Shown piece by piece: positions 60,484 to 64,000 of a stretch of 64,000 nt of DNA. The number at the start of each line of letters is the position of its first letter. The first letter of the stretch is position 1. Made by a program: the position numbers and the translations under genes. A model generated the notes under the pieces. The model searched no databases. It saw nothing but the letters and a program-made list of their open reading frames with translations, and had not been told where the DNA came from. This DNA is from Amoebidium appalachense (taxonomy: Eukaryota; Protista; Ichthyosporea): positions 4,950,409 through 5,014,408 of the forward strand of contig CAVNZM010000012.1 of assembly GCA_963693365.1 (NCBI GenBank), in the 5' to 3' direction.

Positions 60484-61574
60484 CTTGTGTAAGCAACTTT
60501 CGTGTACGAGTAATGCTGAGGAGGGAGGGAGAGGGAGGAGAGGGGGGAAGGAGAGGGGGGGGGGGGGGGGGGGAGGGGGGGAGAGGGGGCTTGTGCAGAA
60601 TGATGCTAAGGGCGAGAGAAGGCACTGTGTACTAACGCACAAAACAAGGCTCCCTTGGACTCTCACACCTTGTGGATACAGTAGGTCACGTCTATGCCTT
60701 ACCCAGAATCCCAAACCCGGACCTAGATTGCTAGATTTTATTTACGTCTTAGCAGTAGGTGGAACACCAGAATATAGTGTGTTTCAAGCTTTACCAAGAG
60801 GGGACGGAGGGAGGGAAGGAGAAAGAGGGGAAGGGGGGGGAGGGGGGGGAGGGGGGGAGCGATGGAGAGAGGGGAGGGAGGGGAGGAGAGGGGAGCGGGG
60901 GGAGGGGGGGGGGGGGGGGAGGGGGGGGGGGGGGGGGGGCGGAGGGAGGGAGGGAGGAAGGAAGGGAGGATGGAGGGAGGGGAAAGGGAGAGAGAGCTGT
61001 GCCGAAACCTAGTCATGACAATATATTCACATGGTTAGCAAAAAAAAAATTTAAAACATAGGCCGTCGTCGCATACATCGGGGAGACGAAGCAAGCAAAA
61101 TCACAAGCAAAACCGCAGCGACTCAACTTTAACGTTGACCAAATATGCTGAAGTGCAACCGGCAGTCATCAGCCTGTTTTTTCAAGGCCCACAGAAAGCA
61201 CCTAGTTTGTTTGTTCAAAAAGTGCGGGGTCTTAAAACTTTAAACCATACCTTGTTTGGCGGTGTCCGCGGAACCAATTCACCATTCTTTTTCCTTGTAT
61301 GCTTCATGCTGGTAGGTAGTGTCGCCAAAGGGAGTTGTTGGTGTCCCTACGAATACGGGGCCATATCCAAAGCACAAAACGCCTGTTTACATGCCAAAAA
61401 TAAAACAAAGCTACTCGGAGAGTAAAGTGAGGATAAAAGAAAAAACATGAAAAGAAGAAAGAACTAAGTGGAACAGGCACAACAAAAAAAGTGACCTGGA
61501 GAGTGGAGACTCCGTCTAACACGTACTGACGTGTTGCCGCACGTGCGACGTTTAACATCTACTCAGGCGGCTTT

Positions 61575-61614
<40 letters not shown>

Positions 61615-63568
61615 AAGGAGACACCGCCTCAGTACATAGGTGGTAGAGACTCCGTTCACGTTAACGCAAAGGGCAGGCAATGTCTAAAAATAGCAGATTC
61701 GTATCGGTCAATGAATGTCTGGTCTTCTTCCAAAAACATCATTTCAATTGAATTTTCTGTTGTGTTCCAGTACGTTTCATACTCAGATGGCTTTGGTTTT
61801 TCTTTGTTTCCCCTTTTTCTCGTTTTTCCTTTTTCCCTAGCTCTTTTCTCCTAATAGCATTGTTGTGTATCTGGCATGTAAACAAGCGTTTTATTTAGGC
61901 TTTGTTTGATATGTCCACGTATTCTTAGTGACACCTACATCTTCCCATGTCCACACCAACTACAGTGATGATTAAGCATGCACAGAGAGAGGATGAGGCT
62001 TTGGTTCCGCGCTCCCACACTGCCACGCAAGGTATGTTTAAGATTTGCAACTGTGGAACAAACAATTCAAGTTCTCCCCGTGGGCACTCAAAGAAACAAG
62101 GCTGTTGATTACCGATATCTCGCACTTTTGCTTTGCTTGACATGTTGACATGATGGCAGCGTTGAGTCACCGCTGTTTTGCTTGTTGCGTTCGCATAATT
62201 TGCATTTCCGGTGTATGCCATGCGGGCCCATGTCCTAATTTGTCATTTTTGTTATTCATTTAAACATGTTGTTGTCAGGACTGGATTTTGACACCTCCCT
62301 TTATCCGTTTTTCTCTGTCGTTGTGTCTCTGTCTTCCCCCCCCTTCCCGACCCCCTCTGCCTCCCTCCCTCCCTCCTTCCCTCCCTCCCTCCCCCCTCCC
62401 CTCCCCCCTTCCCTTCCCCCCCGACCCCACCCCCCTCCCCCTTCCTCCCCCTTTACCTCCACCTTCCCCCCCCCCCTCCCCCCTCCCCCTTCCCTCTCTC
62501 CCGACGTGCCGCCCCTCCCACCCCCTCCCTCCGTCCCCCATCCCCACTCCCTCCTTCCCCCCTCCCCCTCACCACCATCCCGCACCCCCTCCCCCTCCCC
62601 TTCCCCTCCCCCTTCCCTCTCCCCCCGCCCCCTCCCCCCTTCCCCCCCCCCTCCTCCTCTCCCCCCTTCCCTCTCTCGTTACTCTCGCTCTCTCCGCTCT
62701 CTTCTGTTCTTCCTCCCCTCTCTCCTGTTTCTACCTTCCTCTCCTGTTCCTGTCCCTGTCTCCCGTGGCTCTCTTGCTGACTCCGAACCCCCCCCCCCCC
62801 CCCCCCCTCCCCCCTCCCCCCCCTCCCCCCCCCTCTCGACCCCACCCACCCTGGGCGAATACTGCATCATAATCATTTTCTCGCCACGTCCCCTTGTTTT
62901 TCTGCTGCTGTCCCAGAGCTTTACGTCACTTGACGACCTCATTATTCCGTACGATTTCTCACAAAGGCCTAGATTCGACTGATGTCTTACATGCGGCATC
63001 TTTGCCATTTATTCATACTATAAACACGAATAAACATGACGTTTTATGCAGTAGCATCGTATCAGGAAAGATGTTAATATAAATTTTGTATAGAAAGTAA
63101 GAATTGAGACCCTGATGAATGCTGCAGTATCGTGCTCGCAAATCCCCCCCCCCCCCCCCCCCCCCACCCCCTTTTCTCCTCCTCCTCCTTCTGCACTGCC
63201 ACCCCACCCCCTCCTCAATTTTCTATTCTGAACTTATGTCATGGAACCACAGATTCGAAATGCCTGCCTCATTTAGGCAAAGAATGTATTGGAAGATGTG
63301 GTTTTCTTGTCTGGAGGGTGATGGTTATCTACGGTGTTTTACGATCACGGGTTGATTGGTATTAGTTTGAGACACGGTGCACTAATTAGTTATCTAACCT
63401 ACTTCTAATGCTTATTTAGTATTCTAGGAATCTAGGTCTGGATTTGGGTTTTGTGTGTAAATACTTATGGGTTCTCTCGCTCTCCTTCATATACACCCCT
63501 CCCCGTTCAGGTATCTGAAGCCTGAAGGTTTTTTTTTTCCTTTTTTTTTTTTTTTTTTTTTTTTGGGT

Positions 63569-63604
<36 letters not shown>

Positions 63605-63877
63605 CTGGAGAAAGTAACGGTTAATGTTTGAGCCTAATGGTGGATATGTATACAAATAGTGTATATGTTTACATATAGTTGATATGTATACAGATATTCT
63701 TGTTATCCTGATGGTACTACAAATGCAGAATGAAGAAGTTTCCTCCGCCCCCTCCCCCTCCCTCTCCCCTTTCCCCCTCCCCCCCATGCAACTTGCACAA
63801 TATCCTTCATACTATCCTGTGTGAGATTTCCTATTCGAATACTATTACAGCCTGTGCTTATCTGATACTGAGATATC

Positions 63878-63919
<42 letters not shown>

Positions 63920-63928
63920 AAAGAAAAG

Positions 63929-63959
<31 letters not shown>

Positions 63960-64000
63960 CCCACTGTGTACAGCAAGGCCATTACACCTGTGGTATTCGT

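Overview
Intron-rich eukaryotic nuclear DNA, dense in (CA)n/(GT)n, (CT)n and long poly-C/G tracts. Almost all ORFs in the supplied track are microsatellite artefacts. Splicing exons by hand gives these genes: the 3' half of FANCD2 (+, 3-11338, one GC-AG intron, an intronic tRNA-Val(CAC)); an unknown membrane protein (-, ~13.9-15.6 kb); a bacterial-type tandem-domain class II aldolase with 7 introns (+, 18218-26394); HPRT (+, 27823-35581); an unknown protein with three beta-trefoil-like motifs (-, ~37.4-42.6 kb); and an intronless SVIP (+, 43423-43674). A degraded LRR gene (-) is interrupted by a complete, young 5.69 kb Ngaro-type tyrosine-recombinase retrotransposon (52621-58310) whose recombinase ORF seems to need splicing. 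Non-coding points of interest are a structured 330-bp insert, a multi-hairpin repeat sitting in poly-C tracts, a TTAA-flanked foldback element with insertions at mirror positions in both arms, two LINE 3' tails, a duplicated TATA/Inr module, and intron 3' ends built from tandem repeats. HPRT intron positions suggest a holozoan or other opisthokont host (inference). All homology calls come from recalled motifs, not from database searches.
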